A DNA stretch of 64,000 nt. Source: Psammoneis japonica. Its lineage: Eukaryota. The position numbers were made by a program, and so were the translations under genes. The stretch lies in the NCBI GenBank assembly GCA_008632985.1, contig QPGO01000021.1, positions 434,001 to 498,000 on the forward strand. Direction: 5' to 3'. The notes beneath the pieces were generated by a model. The model was not told where the DNA came from and searched no databases. It saw only the letters and a program-made list of their open reading frames with translations. Within the stretch, counting starts at the first letter, position 1. Each line of letters opens with the position of its first letter. Shown here piece after piece: positions 48,637 to 61,642 of the stretch.

Positions 48637-51600
48637 CTAATTCTTGCCTGCAAGAGAAGCAGCTAAAATTTCAGCCCGCTTCTTCTCCGCAATTTCTTTT
48701 CGTTTCGCACCAATCTCGGAAACGGAGAAGTCCTTCAGAACAGAGAGCTGAGTCGAGTCGAGAGTGCCGTTCTGCTCCTTGAGGATCTTTATAAGTGCAG
48801 ACCTACTCTTTTTCACGCAAAAATTCTTTTTGCATGCATTCAGCCCCACAATCGCGGGAACAATAATTGTATCGATAAAGGTCTGGTCAATGCCGGCCTG
48901 GGCCAAGACATAACACTTTGGACACTTTGGTGGCGGCCGCACACAGTAGTCTTTTTTCGGGACGGGAGTTCCAGCACTTTAAGAATCAAAGAGTTGTTGA
49001 ATGAGAAAACATCATGTCAGAGGGAAGCCGACAAAAACAAGAGAGCACGAAAATCCTATAACACCTACCATTGATCAACTGGCTCGTTTCGACTGCGTTG
49101 CATACATATGAGACCTTCCTCGCAGTGGCCATTTTCATTACAGTCACCTTCGCACAGTTTTAGGGGCATTGTCTCCTTCCTGCGCTTCTTCCACGTATGA
49201 ATTCGAGGCATTGAATTCCCCCCGCCTCCGCGTCTGAAACAATAGTTCTTGCCAAATTTTCCAGGTCCATCACTGTGCAAATGAGATTACGATACGAAGA
49301 GCAACGTAGTGAGGTCACCTTTGAGAGAGGCAAGTGAACAATGTAAACGCCGGACAAGAGCAAACACTCACCAACCGGGAATGGTTTCATTTCCTTTGCG
49401 CTTAAAGCACCAAAGACCTTTATCAATACGCAAGTAGAATGTGAGTTGCGCCAAGACAGTGGGTTAGAATAATAAGCAAGAGCCAGCGCACTCACCATCC
49501 CCGCATTCGTCGTTGTTTGTGCATGAACCGTGGCATTCAGACAGTTTCTCGGGCTTTCGATTCCTCTTGTGCGTGAAAAGCTTTGGTTTTGGTGGCGGGG
49601 GCTCCTCTCCCTCCTCTGGCTCAGTTCCTGCTCGATCAGTCAGTCCGAGAGAAGACTGTGGATCAAGTGTCGGAGATGACGTAAAAGGAGCAGAAGTCGG
49701 GAATGTCGTAGGGCTTGAAGAGGGAGATGAAGTGGGTGAGGGCGTCGGCAATGGCGTTGGTGAGGGCGTCGGTTCGATGGTCGGCTCCGAAGTCGGGGCT
49801 GAGGTTGGAGTCGACGTTGGAATTAGAGTGGGTTCTTCAGTTATCGTCTGCGTGGGCATGGCGGTTGGAGTCAGAGTGGGTTCTTCAGTTATCGTTTGCG
49901 TGGGCATGGCGGTTGGAGTCAGAGTGGGTTCTTCAGTTATCGTCTGCGTGGGCATGGCCGTTGGAGTCAGAGTGGGTTCTTCAGTTATCGTCTGTGTGGG
50001 CATGGCCGTTAGGATCAGAGTGGGTTCTTCAGTTGTCTGAGCAAGGTCGACTGCAATAGACTCCGTTGGCTGAGACGTCGGTAGCTCTGTGGGTTCAGGT
50101 GTTTCACGAGCGGTCGGTTCAGGTGTTTCAGACTCAGTTGGCTGAGACGTTGGAGATTCCGTACTCGATTCAGTTGGCTGACTAGTAGGCGACTGGGTGA
50201 TCGTCTCTGTCGGAGACTCTGTTGTCTGTGCAATGTCGACTGCAACAGACTCCGTTGGCTGAGACGTCGGTAGCTCTGTGGGTGCAGGTGTTTCGCGGGT
50301 GGTTGGTTCAGGCGTTTCAGACTCAGTTGGCTGAGACGTTGGAGATTCCGTACTCGATTCGGTTGGCTGACTAGTAGGCGACTGGGTGATCGTCTCTGTT
50401 GGAGATTCCGTTGCCTGTGCAATGTCGACTGCAACAGACTCCGTTGGCTGAGACGTCGGCAGCTCTGTGGGTTCAGGTGTTTCACGAACGGTTGGAGATT
50501 CAGTAGAAGAAGTAGGCTGGCTTGTCGGTTCTTCGGTTGTCTCTGTAGCAGCTTGCGTGGGAGCCGGCGTGAGAATGGTCGGTGAAGGTGTTTCACGAGT
50601 AGGCATTCCTGTAGGTTGCTCAGTCTCAGCTTCCGTGGGAGCCGATGTTGGAACCTGTGTCGGTTCAGGTGTTTCACGAATGTCGACTGCAACTGGGGCT
50701 ACGGTTGGAGAGGAAGTGACTCGTGCAGGGGCCGGCGTTGTGGGAGCCGGAGTCGAAGATGACCTAGTCAGCCACGATATTGCGAAAGAAAGCCATGAGT
50801 GAGACCAACAACTCTGCAATGAAACTAGCGACCTTTCATCTGACTTACCAGGTGTTTTCACCTACGCGTGGGCATCCTGCAGTGTAGACACCACCTCTCT
50901 GATCGATTTCAAACCCGTACTTTCCATTTTGTTCAACGACGGAAATTTCTGCTGGAGGAGCTACTTCTCCCTTATCGACTTGGAGAGCAATGTAGTGCGG
51001 TAATTTGCTGCCAGGGAACTCGTACGAGCAATCATGGTCCGTTCCACTTGCATGAACAAGCAAAACTGGTAGAACCTTAAAATTATCATTCTTGACAAGA
51101 AAATCCTTCAACTTTGCACCGAAGTACTCTTTGCGAGCCCTGGAAGAGGTGGGTGATGCGTGCGCTACTATAACTGCAGCTCTCAGTGTTCCTTGCCCGT
51201 GATAATATTCAATGTTTTGCTTCACCCAGTTAAAATTCTGTACCAGACGCACTGATGTAGAAGAGGCAGGCGCAACGAAACTGTTAGGAGTAGAAAACAA
51301 TGAGGGGTGATCAAACTGGCTTGCCGTCATACTCACCGTCCTCGTCGCCAATTGATGCTAGTCCAACCATGTTTATTCCCACTACTGCAACACCGTTACG
51401 CATGAACGAAAAATTTTCAGAGCGATCAATGCCTGGCAGACGTTCAGTGCCGGTATCCCGTGTTACCTGAACGCCAAGACTGGCCAAAGTACCAAACCCC
51501 CTGGAATTTCCACTGCCTAGAGTGTTTTGCCAAAACTGCCACGCCGAATCGGGATCTTTACAATTGTTCCACTCTTTGTCTCCTGGAGTAAAGAAAACCT

Positions 51601-51982
51601 GGCTAACGTCGTATCGTACAGCGTTTTCGTTCCTCGAGAACATGTTGGCAATGTTGTTGTATGCTTTCTGGTCGCACTTACTTGAACTCAACTTGTCTCC
51701 AAGGTGAACCATAAAGTCTGGAGTTCCGGGCGACTCTAAGTCGATGTCTCTCAGCTGTCCGTTCAAGCAGAAGCGAGAGTCGTAGTCAGATGTTGTGACA
51801 CCCATGGCGATGAACGAAGTAACTTTCTTGATTTCTCCTGCGGCGGGATCAAATGCTGGAAGCCCGGCGTCACAAGAGTATCTCGCCAACCTACGGCTCA
51901 CGTCATCTTCTATCTCATCCCACCCATAGCTCTGAGTAACAGAGCAGAAAAGGCCGCCCAAAAGGCAAAGGTTAAACCTCAT
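48637..51982 (-). CDS. Secreted mosaic protein: metallophosphoesterase-like domain, Thr/Pro/Glu repeat stalk, two frustulin-type Cys-rich domains; about 6 exons
   Basis: Signal MRFNLCLLGGLFCSVTQSYG; FMVHLGD, FFTPGDKEWNNC, ENFSF..VGINMVG; in-frame splices 51337/51251 and 50849/50763; CHGSCTNNDECGDG..CFKR..IPG and CEGDCNENGHCEEGLICMQR..DYC. Confidence 0.82.
49823..50490. repeat. Coding tandem repeats: 48-bp unit x ~4.5 (TEEPTLTPTAMPTQTI) and 189-bp unit x ~2.4
   Basis: AGAGTGGGTTCTTCAGTT recurs at 48-bp spacing from 49825 to 50017; GCAA(T/G)GTCGACTGCAA at 50041, 50230 and 50419. Confidence 0.92.
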
Positions 51983-52476
51983 TTTTGCAAGGCACTCCGA
52001 TGTGTTTGCAATTACTGCCTTTTCCAAAAATTGTGTGCGCTTCAAAGCAACCATAATGCCAATCCTGGATGTGCTACCGTGTGTCTTTTGCGTACATTTC
52101 TACGTGTTTTGCCGGGCTTATGTTTTCTTGCGCGTGATGGTCATAATGACCGACAATAACGACCCAAAAATAATTAGGAGAAAAGGTCATGTGACTTTTT
52201 GATATCTAAGCCCTTTTCGTCGTTTGTCCGTTAAAATTTTGATCCTTCTGAGAATGACCTTTGTTCCTTGGGTTGGATCTGAGATGAGCGAGACCTGACC
52301 ACGACCAAAACGCACTTTAGGGCCCTACGGGTATGTTACTCGAGAGAGTGCAGTAGTTGGTCATCGAATCGTTTTGGGGTGTCATTAGATGTACTGTAGT
52401 TGGTTTGGCTGTGTATCTTTCTTCGACAAGGCTCGCCCGCCCTTGCCAAATAATACAGTATAAGAGAGTGCGTTCA

Positions 52477-52549
52477 CTCTAGTAGCTAGCTCTCTCTAGC
52501 TAGAGCTACTCTAGCTCTACTAGTAGCTACTACTAGCTAGAGGGCCCTA
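52477..52549. repeat. CTAG/TAG-rich low-complexity tract
   Basis: ctctagtagctagctctctctagctagagctactctagctctactagtagctactactagctagagggcccta. Confidence 0.8.
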
Positions 52550-53069
52550 ACGGCAGCACTATCGTTTGAATTTCATATTCTTGACTTTCATTTTATCTGT
52601 CTCTGCGAGGGTCAAAGAAGTGCAAGAAAGGAGAAAATGAATGAAGGTATCATAGTATCATGATTTGTGCTTGCTGTCACTCTCTAGCTACGGAGAGTCG
52701 CATGAATGCACACCCGCAGGAGACATAACCAAGAATGGATGGCTTTTAGTTGCTGTTTGCCGCGTGTGATATCTCGTGGAACGTTGCTAACGTGTACTGT
52801 ACAAAAGCGTTTGAGACTGACTCAACGTCAAGAAGCAAAGGGCAGGCTACTGCCCGCTGGTCCGTCCCGGTACACTACATGTTTTAGTCGTAAGCCTGAC
52901 GACGCATTTCACTTCCACGACGTGCTTTTGAAAATACTCCACTACTTCTTTTACATACATTTCACAAGAATGACAAACTGGGAAGCTCTTGTTGGTACCT
53001 TCAGAACACATTCGACTCCCTTCTATCTACGACGTTTTCACTGACGAGAGAAAAACGTTTTGTTATACT

Positions 53070-53516
53070 TTAGCTGTGCGGTTTGTGTTCTTCCCCAGCT
53101 GCTCTGCAGAACTTTCCAACCTTTGCGACGATTTCCAAGTAATGCGTTTCTTCATAGAGTCTCGTTAGAGGCTTTCCGTCCTCAAACAAAATCATGGCTG
53201 GCGACTTCTTGTCTGCATCCCATGAAGCCGCAAGCTCGGGGTAATCTTGTTGCTTAATGCTGACAAGAGTGGCCCGATCTTTGAGCAACGTCTTGGCACG
53301 GAAAATATCGTCCTTGATATCCTTCTCGGTAGCGGCATCGTAAAAGTTAACCAGCACTGGCTTGTCGTCGGGAAACAAAGCCAAAATCTCATCCATTGTG
53401 TTGTACTTGGCCTGCAAAACCGAGTTTGACCGAACAAAGGCCGGCGACGAAGGCACAAAAGCCGTCGCCGAACCGAGAGCAAGCAGAGCAACAATCGAAG
53501 AAAGAGCCGTCTTCAT
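53070..53516 (-). CDS. Plastid-targeted thioredoxin-fold protein lacking the CxxC motif
   Basis: Signal plus SATAFVP motif; KPVLVNFY..., DYPELAASWDADKKSPAMILFEDGKP match Trx strands and the cis-Pro region; no WCGPC. Confidence 0.8.
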   Translation of the reverse strand: MKTALSSIVALLALGSATAFVPSSPAFVRSNSVLQAKYNTMDEILALFPDDKPVLVNFYDAATEKDIKDDIFRAKTLLKDRATLVSIKQQDYPELAASWDADKKSPAMILFEDGKPLTRLYEETHYLEIVAKVGKFCRAAGEEHKPHS

Positions 53517-53849
53517 GGTTTACACAAAAGAAAGAGTCGTTTTCTTGTGGCCAATGAGAAGGAGAAGCAATCTTCCATGGCGATCCATGAACGACTCAGT
53601 GCAGCGATCCCTTTATTGACGTCAGTTCAGTGGATACGATCTTTCGAAGATCTCGATTCAAAGTTCCTTCGGTATACTAATGATGCTACATCAAATAGAA
53701 TCTTAGCGACAGAAGAGCGAAATGTCTCTGGTATGTGCGCAGTCAGCCGTTCGAGAAAGATTCCCTTCCACGTGGATCACTTCAGCACAAACTCTCTAAC
53801 CAAATGGGCCAATGAAGCGCCGTCTCATTGTGTGTCATTTTTCTCGTCA

Positions 53850-56110
53850 TCCTTTGCTGCCACCACCGATGAGAGAGTGTTCAAGTTCTTTCCATTGTGT
53901 GCCTGTACAAACGCCTGCCTTCTCAATGGGGAGGATGCACTGGAGAGCTTGGCTCAGATGAGAGAGGGAGATTTTAGATGGCACTCTTTCAGGCAGGCCA
54001 CACACGAGGAGAGTGAAGCCCTTTCCCCTCGATTTTCTGGTGGTGGTGCAGGCCCTCCAGTCCAACAGATGTTCATGAGCAGATCCAGATTGGTCAGCTG
54101 AAGACTGAAGATCATGAGGTTCCTGTCCATCACAGATCACTCTTTGCTTCTTTTTCTTCTTTCACCTTTTTGTGCCACAATCTGCAAGCCAAAACACGCG
54201 CCACTTTGCTCCACTGTCAACTTTTGGCAAAGAGCTCAAGACAGTTTGGGGAGTTATTTGGAGCAGACAATGGGGCAGGGCATGCAACAAGCTTGTCACA
54301 CATCTGTGACACACATGTGACTGGGTCGCTCAATCACTCAAGGAGCTGGTCATGCGGCAACAACTCTTGCACCAGTCTCTCTGTCCTGATGGCCACAAGC
54401 TGCAAATGAAGACAACAGTGGCTGCAACAGCAATGTGGACAATGTCAAAGTGCAACAACTGGCATTTGCAGAGGGTTCTCAAGTGGTGACAAAACTGCCA
54501 ACAATGTGCCCGATTGACAGAAATTGAAGATGACTGGGGGTGGAAGAAAACAACACCTCTCCTTGCTGCTGTCTAAATGGCAGACGAGTCTCCATGCAGA
54601 GACCATTGCAGGAGCCAAAAGACTGGCGTCATGACATTGGCACTGCTGTCATTGTTCTTGCAAGCCAAGTGGCTCCAAAGCAAACTGCATCGCGAGTTGC
54701 GTGTGGAAATGAGAGCACGCGCAATTGTGCAGGACAAACTAAAATCTTGTTCAAATCCTGTCACCCATCCTCCTTGTGACTTTCCTTTTGCTGCTGCTGG
54801 CCAAGCAAAAGTGGAGCAGCAAATGGCTTGGAATTGCTGCCGGACTCAACCCCATCATTTTCTGAGCATCCTTTCCAAATCACATGCTTTGCAGCACCTC
54901 CTGTTGGAGTGCATGTCCACAAATCCAAATGCATGGTGAAAACTCTGTGCAACAACTTTGCTGCACTTGAGCAATCAAAGCAAATGGCTGAGTGCACATT
55001 CACCACCTTGAACAAGCTGAAACTTTGTGGCAAAGTCTGTGTGACATCAGATTGTCTCCAGTGGAAGTTGCCATGTTCAAGAAATGGCCACAACCACCAG
55101 AGCCAAAGTCAACTTGTCAAGCATGTTGCTGTGCCCAAAAATGCCACGCTTCTGTGCACCGGCACCCACATCACAGCCATTTCTGGTTAATTTCCATGCC
55201 CTGGCACAGCACCTGTGTTGGGAACTCTGGGTGTGTCATGGTGTTGAGTTTTGCCTCCCTTTGCCTGTGGTGGCACCTCATTTTGGAGACTTTGCATCAC
55301 CCTTGTGTGTCTCATTTCCACCCAACAACAACCCACCAACTTGGCGCGGCATGACAGACATTGTCTGGCCCATGGCAGACTCTGTGAACCTGCACACCAT
55401 GCAGCAAGGCCACTCTGGCAATCTTTTCCTTCTCCATGGTTTTGGTGGTGGTTGACAATGACTGAGTCAACAACATGGACAATGATCTTCAAGGTGCAAC
55501 TTCAAGTCAAAAATGCAGTGCATGTCATGCTCAACTGAAATCACCCTTGGAACAAATGTGGCTGTCATCAATGGGTCCCCGGCTGTGGCATTGATGGCCA
55601 TTGCACACAAAAATGGCAACCTGGTTGATCTTCAATTTTAATCACAGCACTCGGGTGCTCACGTGGCAGAGCAATCTTTGGGCCACTTGGCACAACACAT
55701 GAACAATTTTGGTTGCTCTTGTCTGTTTGAAATGGGTGCAACATCCCAAACATCAAAGTTTCTGCCATTTCAAATGACCAACAACTCAAGATGCTGTGTT
55801 CCATGCCTTCAATGTTGAGATGCCAAACTTGTCAAACCCTTGCTGTTTCTTGTGAGCTGCAACCCCCCGAAGCATTCCACCATGGTGCTGTCAGCATTCT
55901 GGTCAGTGGCTTCACATGCACTCAAGAGCACACTGGAGCTGCCAGTGGTTGCCTTTGTTTCCTTTCCCAAGAAACAATTGGACAGGAGATCACATCCCTG
56001 CACACTGTGAGTTGTGGCATGACATTGCTTCTGAGCTTCCACGCAAAAATGCCATGCCAACCGAGACACTGGTCAAAAAAGAGTGCAGTGCCCATTTTGA
56101 GTGGCTCGTT
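53850..56110. other. TpA/CpG-depleted decayed repeat block (possibly LINE-derived) carrying a solo LTR
   Basis: Hand count about 7 TA in ~2.2 kb; weak RT-like remnant LFGA..GAG near 54254; no intact ORF. Confidence 0.55.
54515..54763 (-). mobile_element. Solo LTR related to the copia element at 11137-15649
   Basis: TGACAGAAA..., CTGCTGTCTAAATGGCAGA.GAGTCTCC, AGGAGCCAAAAGAC, AAAGCAAACTGCAT and ..TGTTCAAATCCTGTCA are shared with 11137-11414; flanks CCGAT/CCCAT (4/5 TSD). Confidence 0.88.
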
Positions 56111-56296
56111 CCCGAAAATAATTATGATAAATCATCCCCCGGTATGTCCTGTGTGTTGTACGGTCGATGTGGGACTACCGCTATGCATCAGCGTTTGTTG
56201 GAGAATAGAACTCGAAAGCTCAGATGAAAGGGAGCACCAATTAACTAGATGAAACACTAAAAGGCAAGTGTACTATTACCTGCGTGTATCGGAGGT

Positions 56297-59200
56297 TTAA
56301 CCTAACCCAGTCGAGTTGCTCGGCGGTGTCATGGGAGGAATTTTCATTTCTTCTTTTGAAAGTCCTCCACGCAGGCATCCGTAGAACGTGGTCTCTCGCT
56401 TGGGATTATGAAGACCGCAAAATGCAACAGGTAACTGTGCAACGCCTGGAGTTCCGTTATGTGCAGCGCTTGAGCCTTCTGTGTAGGCACAATTGACAAA
56501 TGCAAGGGTGTACTGGTTGCAAAGAGCAACATCACGCGACCTGCTTTGCTCCAAACTTAGAGGTAGCGGTTTTGAAAGCAATTCCCGCGATTTACAGTCC
56601 CCAACTTCAATCGGCTTCGTCACGAGAAGGGCGCACATGGGATGAAATCGAACATGACACCCCTTTGCCGCACACCTGGCAAGCCCGTTGCAACTACCTC
56701 CCTTGCCGCAAATGGCGCAAGATTCTCTGAGCTGCATTCGCACAGGATGCGGCGCGCTTCTACAGGAGATGGCCTTGGTTTCATTATTCAGCCTACCACC
56801 AACGCTCCATATTCGACAAGCTTCGTGCACCCATCTTTCCTGATCAGCGTCATCATGGATGTCGTCTATGCGAGACATTGCACCTCCGATATGACCACAC
56901 ATCACACACGTCTTGTTCTTGGTATCAGCGTCATTCGTAGACAGACACTTCTCTGTCATATTGCTCAAGCTATCGTGGCAAGCGGCGCAACGCCAACCCG
57001 ACTGACTGACGTCGTCACGATGATGGCATTCTTCTAATGCGGGTTGCCCCGTCTTACCACGGTCGAGACAGCAATCCTGGTGCACAACGGTGCCGCAGTC
57101 AATGCAGGCTACAACGTCTGCATTGGTGTTGGAGGTACCAGTCCAGCACACGGAGCATGTACTTTTTTCACCAAGCTTGTTTAATATCTGAGGGACTAAA
57201 CAAGGCTTGAGATTTCCGGGCGTAGTGCAAACGGTCCTTACATATCCTTCATTCAACGGCAGGCAATCGATGATGGGAGGGGTGTGATGGGGTACACCAG
57301 AACCTTCGCCTCGCTTTGCGGACAACTTTTTGTCTCTACGGTTTTTCCCAAAAAGAAACTTATCTCGGTCCAAAGTACACATTGCGCTGTGCCGAAAAGG
57401 TAGCGGAAACGTCGAAATCTGTAGCGGGGTATTTGAGTGTCCAGTGAGTTCGGTAATTTGCTTCGCTCCATCGAAGGCAGAATCAACGGCGGCATCAATT
57501 TCTGCTTCATTGAGCAGGCAACAGTCGTCTTCGTTCGTTTTTCCAGTCTTTGCCGCATAAGCTTCCGTTTTATCTGAGCTTACCATGACGAGATTCCCGT
57601 TGAGTTTTAAACCAACTTTTATCTCTCGCGGACGCTTGAAGCTACCTCCTTCAAGACGCTCCCCAGTCAAAATAGAATTGTAGTTGTATCTGGAGCCAGA
57701 GCCAGATGGTGTTTTGCTTGCCCAGATCAGCCGCGTGCGCCCCACACTCACACGCTTGCGCTTGCCTCCGTTCTCACTACTATTTTTCTTTCCACCGTCT
57801 TTCGAAGCCGCTGCAGCTACGCTGCTACTGCCATGTCTGCAATCGTAGGACCCAAGATGACTTCCAAAGCCATCTTTGTCCATTTTCAATGCAGTTCCAA
57901 CATTGACATACCGTCCTGCCTGAACTTCCGCAGGAAGAGTCGCGGAACAGAGTAGAGGCCACGCCTTGCCTTCGTCCTCCCCTTGTGCAACTGGGAAGAT
58001 AGTACGGCGACTGCTGACAGACTCGACGTTGACAGATATCATCAACTTGCTTGAGTAGGACAATCCAATATCAATTTTCCTTCTCTTGTGTGCTTGAATG
58101 CTTTGGTATTCGCGGTATGCGATCTCCCCCTTGGCGCTCGGATCATCTTGTCCAATGGCTGGAGTTTCCTCCAACACGCCATTAACTATGCTCGAAGGCA
58201 CAGGCTTTGCATTTCCCAGCATCTTGAATGACTTGGAGAGCTTTTTCATTCTATCGACTTCTATGAAATCGACTGGCGTCACTTTCTGGTTCTTGCTATT
58301 CTCCTGCGCTAGAGATGGGTGCGGGCTGGACAGGGCGGTGAATTCAATCACACCTTGATCATGTGAGCGTCTCGCAGCTTGGCGAACCACATCCACATCA
58401 TCGTCCTGATCCAGGGAGCCACTTGCTTGTGATGACTCGTCATCCTCGCTATCTTTTCCAGTCTCAAACTGCCCGTAACCAAAAGGCCCATTACCAAGTG
58501 GGGAATAGAGCTCGTTTCGAGCATGAAGGACAGCAGGCATATCGTCGATATCTCTTGGGATGTTCTTGATATATGGAACAAGTTCATGGTCCCAGCTGAA
58601 GTCCATGGGGAAAAGAATGCCTTCGAGTAAGCGATTTGCATCGCAGAAAAGCGCTCGATGATGCGAACGTTCATCAACGCGTGCGAGTATCGAGGCGCAC
58701 TCATCGACACTGATCTCCGGTGCGTCTGTCACCTGAGAACACAACAGATACAAGAGAACGTTGTGTTAGACTAAAAACTTGGATGAACACTTATCAGAGC
58801 GATGAGAAGCTAAACACTATATCCTTTCCGGGCGCTACCTGCGTACGGTACGGCCCACCGCTGCGCTGACGAACGAGCACCGAAGCAAGGAGAAATAGCA
58901 AAAGAAACTTACTTTTTGTAAACTAGCATTTGTTTCTTGATTCTGATTCGAAACGCTTGACCCATTTCTAGAACGGGTGAAGTGAGACTTGCGTTCGATG
59001 ATAGGGCTCTCTTTCGTTTTAGTTTGCACAGAGGCCACTGAACTGGGACTCACGCTGCGACGACTGGCCCGTAGCTGTGAACCACCGTTTATACTTGCCA
59101 TATCTTCTTCCCGAGCGTCTTTTTTCGACGATTCACTGTCAGTTATCATTGGAGTATGCGTAAATGCACGTTCAGATGCTGATTGAGCTTTTTTATTTCT

Positions 59201-59425
59201 TAACGCACTTTCTCCTAGCTGGGCACAGCTCTGACCAGCTGGCGAATTCCCGTTTGCTGCATCGCTGTTATTGTTGGTTTTTGGCGAACCTTTTGCTGCG
59301 GCCGCTCGCCTACTGATTCTCCGAGATCGTTTCATACCACTTCCAAGGCTTAGTTCTGAATTATGTTTAGTGGCAGTATTTGTAAGGCGTTCTTCTCTCA
59401 CCGCCATGGCCCTTACCTGATTCAT
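56297..59425 (-). CDS. PHD + extended PHD (zf-HC5HC2H) chromatin-reader protein; intron 58912-58733; start uncertain
   Basis: CSVC..C.DCG..VHQDC..WRCAAC (PHD); CVMCGHIGGAM..WVHEAC, CAICG..RCAAKGCHVRFHPMCA..FCGLH (ePHD); basic Ser-rich N-terminus. Confidence 0.88.
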
Positions 59426-61642
59426 CCTCGCTGCGTCTTTGCGTTGGAAGTTTGAACGGTCGCGCGACGTTACGCGCAAAACAGCCTGTCTTTATCTCCT
59501 GTCTTCTTCTCTCGTCCTTTTTCTTGTCTCGCTTGCGATGGTTTAGACAACCCTTGGCGTTTGTTCAACATCATCGCGAAGTAAGCCACAGGAGAATGCA
59601 CAATAACGTGGAAGGTGGGATTTGAATGTTTCCTTTAAATTACTATAGCTACATCAAGAGTAGCACTCTAGGTACAAGTAGATCTGCTCCCCTTTCCAAT
59701 CAGCCTGGAAGTGACTGGTCGTTGATGCTGGAGATCTCCAAGAGCGATTCTGGTTTTGACAATGACTCAATCCTCAGGCTTGCCGTCTGATTCCTAAAGT
59801 GCAGCACTTGGCGGGCGAAAGAAAAACGCCACAGGTATTCAAAACCGCAAGCTAGAAGACCTTTGCATCCATCCTGTACTGATCACAAATATTAGGACAT
59901 AAGATGCCCCTGGGGTATATTCATCACCTGGTGGTCTGCTTCATGAACGCACAGAGACCTAAGCAAATAATAAACAGAAACCTGGATCCACGAAACTTGA
60001 TTCGCACCACCTAAGTGTCTCGAAAGAATCGCCGCCCACCGATGCGGTCTATCTGTGGAAAAAGTCTCTGATCCACCGGAAACACATACGGAGGGCTAGA
60101 GTAAGCTAATCACGAAATCAGTCCACATCATCTGGGCCTGGATAGATGTCAGTAGCGCTATCGGAAGCAACACGTCGCCTCTTTGCGAAAGCTCTACAAG
60201 AAGAAAAGCGGCCAGTAGATAGGCAATGTGAGCAACTAGCCAGTTTCTCAAATCAAACCACCAATGCCAATGAGCGTATGCCGACCAGGGCGGGAGGTCG
60301 AGAAAAGCAACACGTACCATCATCAAATCCCGCCCAATGAAACCGCTCAGAACGCAGAATCCGGCATCTTGGCGGCGCCTCTAAACACCGACCGATACTC
60401 AAAGCATCATTAGAATCGAATCAAATATATCCTGGGTACACTCTGCTACTTGCCGAGGGAGATGGGAATTGCAAACCGTGCAATTTATGCCGACGAGTAC
60501 TACTGAAGTCCACGTTAAATAATATATGCACGGGGTTGTAAGGTTACGGAGAACTCCATCCGACGTGGTGCTAAGAAGCCACAATGCCATTGATAGTGTT
60601 ATGGTGCAGGCATCGCGGGGCACTCATGCCATAGACCATGTCTATGCTTTCAGTTATGCCTTCACAATGTCGTCCCTATCCGCTCCCGACGAGCGAGCGT
60701 TATTGTACATGGTATGACGTGAAACATCGAAATGCTGATGATTCCCGAATCACTTTCCCCCGCGAACAAAGGTCGCCTACTAGTAGTAGTTTGCGCGTTG
60801 CCGGATCTTCTGCCAATCGTTCCCGTCACACATGTCTTTATTATCCGAAGCTAAGTTTAGATATGGATCTCGCATCTCGTCAACGAATGTTCATTAGAAC
60901 TTTTTGGCGCCGCTCGAGCCAACCGGAGTCCGCCATTGACCATTTACTGAATGATTAGGGCCCCTATGTACTGACTACAAGTACTGAAGCAAAGGCCAGA
61001 AACCAGAAATAAACGCGACCCAAAATCACAGACGCGACTCGAAATCTTGAGATGGCGCGAATTCTAGTTGAAAACGAAACACTCACGTCCGTAGTTTCAT
61101 CAATCGAACGATTTGAAATTTTGTCCAGTGTTAAGAAAACCCAGTGAATTTTTCGTGAGTATCGGATTTGTGAGTTCAATATTTAACATACCTATTCAGA
61201 TCTTAAGGAAAAAATAATTTGCTATTCCTTAAGTATCTCGGCATGGCAGTCGTATCAAGACTTGAGAGGAGTTCTTCTGCAACCGTCAGTTTTTGAACTC
61301 ATGAGCACTCACCGCCTCTGTCCCGGTTCAACCGACGGATGGCGGCTTTGCCATAAGTAATCGCTTACAATTTAAATTATAATGTATTAGGCCATTAATA
61401 CATATAAAAGCATTTTCTTGATTCTGGTTGGCGCGTTCGCGGCAATTTTCTGACTTTAAACAATTTCCACGTAGGAACTGATATCCATTGTACTGTACTC
61501 TGAAGCTGATACAAAGTTGACACGCCACGTACAAATCGTGGTATACAACGCGCCGGTCAGCATGGCCAGTCACACCGCGGCGCCAAAAATTGTGTCAACT
61601 CATTTTCTCCTTCCCATTTTTCCTCGATCGTTGCATCCAAAC

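Noticed and set aside
49823..50490. Regularly spaced repeats as a CRISPR-like array
   Set aside because: Units are contiguous in-frame coding repeats (16 and 63 aa) without unique spacers, in a eukaryotic spliced gene.
56297..59425. PHD/ePHD gene as a component of the mutator system because it abuts a depleted block
   Set aside because: Adjacency only; no deaminase, methyltransferase or polymerase domain is visible.
59600..61600. Short ORFs or an RNA gene in the region between the PHD and cyclin genes
   Set aside because: No protein motifs, tRNA cloverleaf or rRNA/snRNA signature recognisable by eye.
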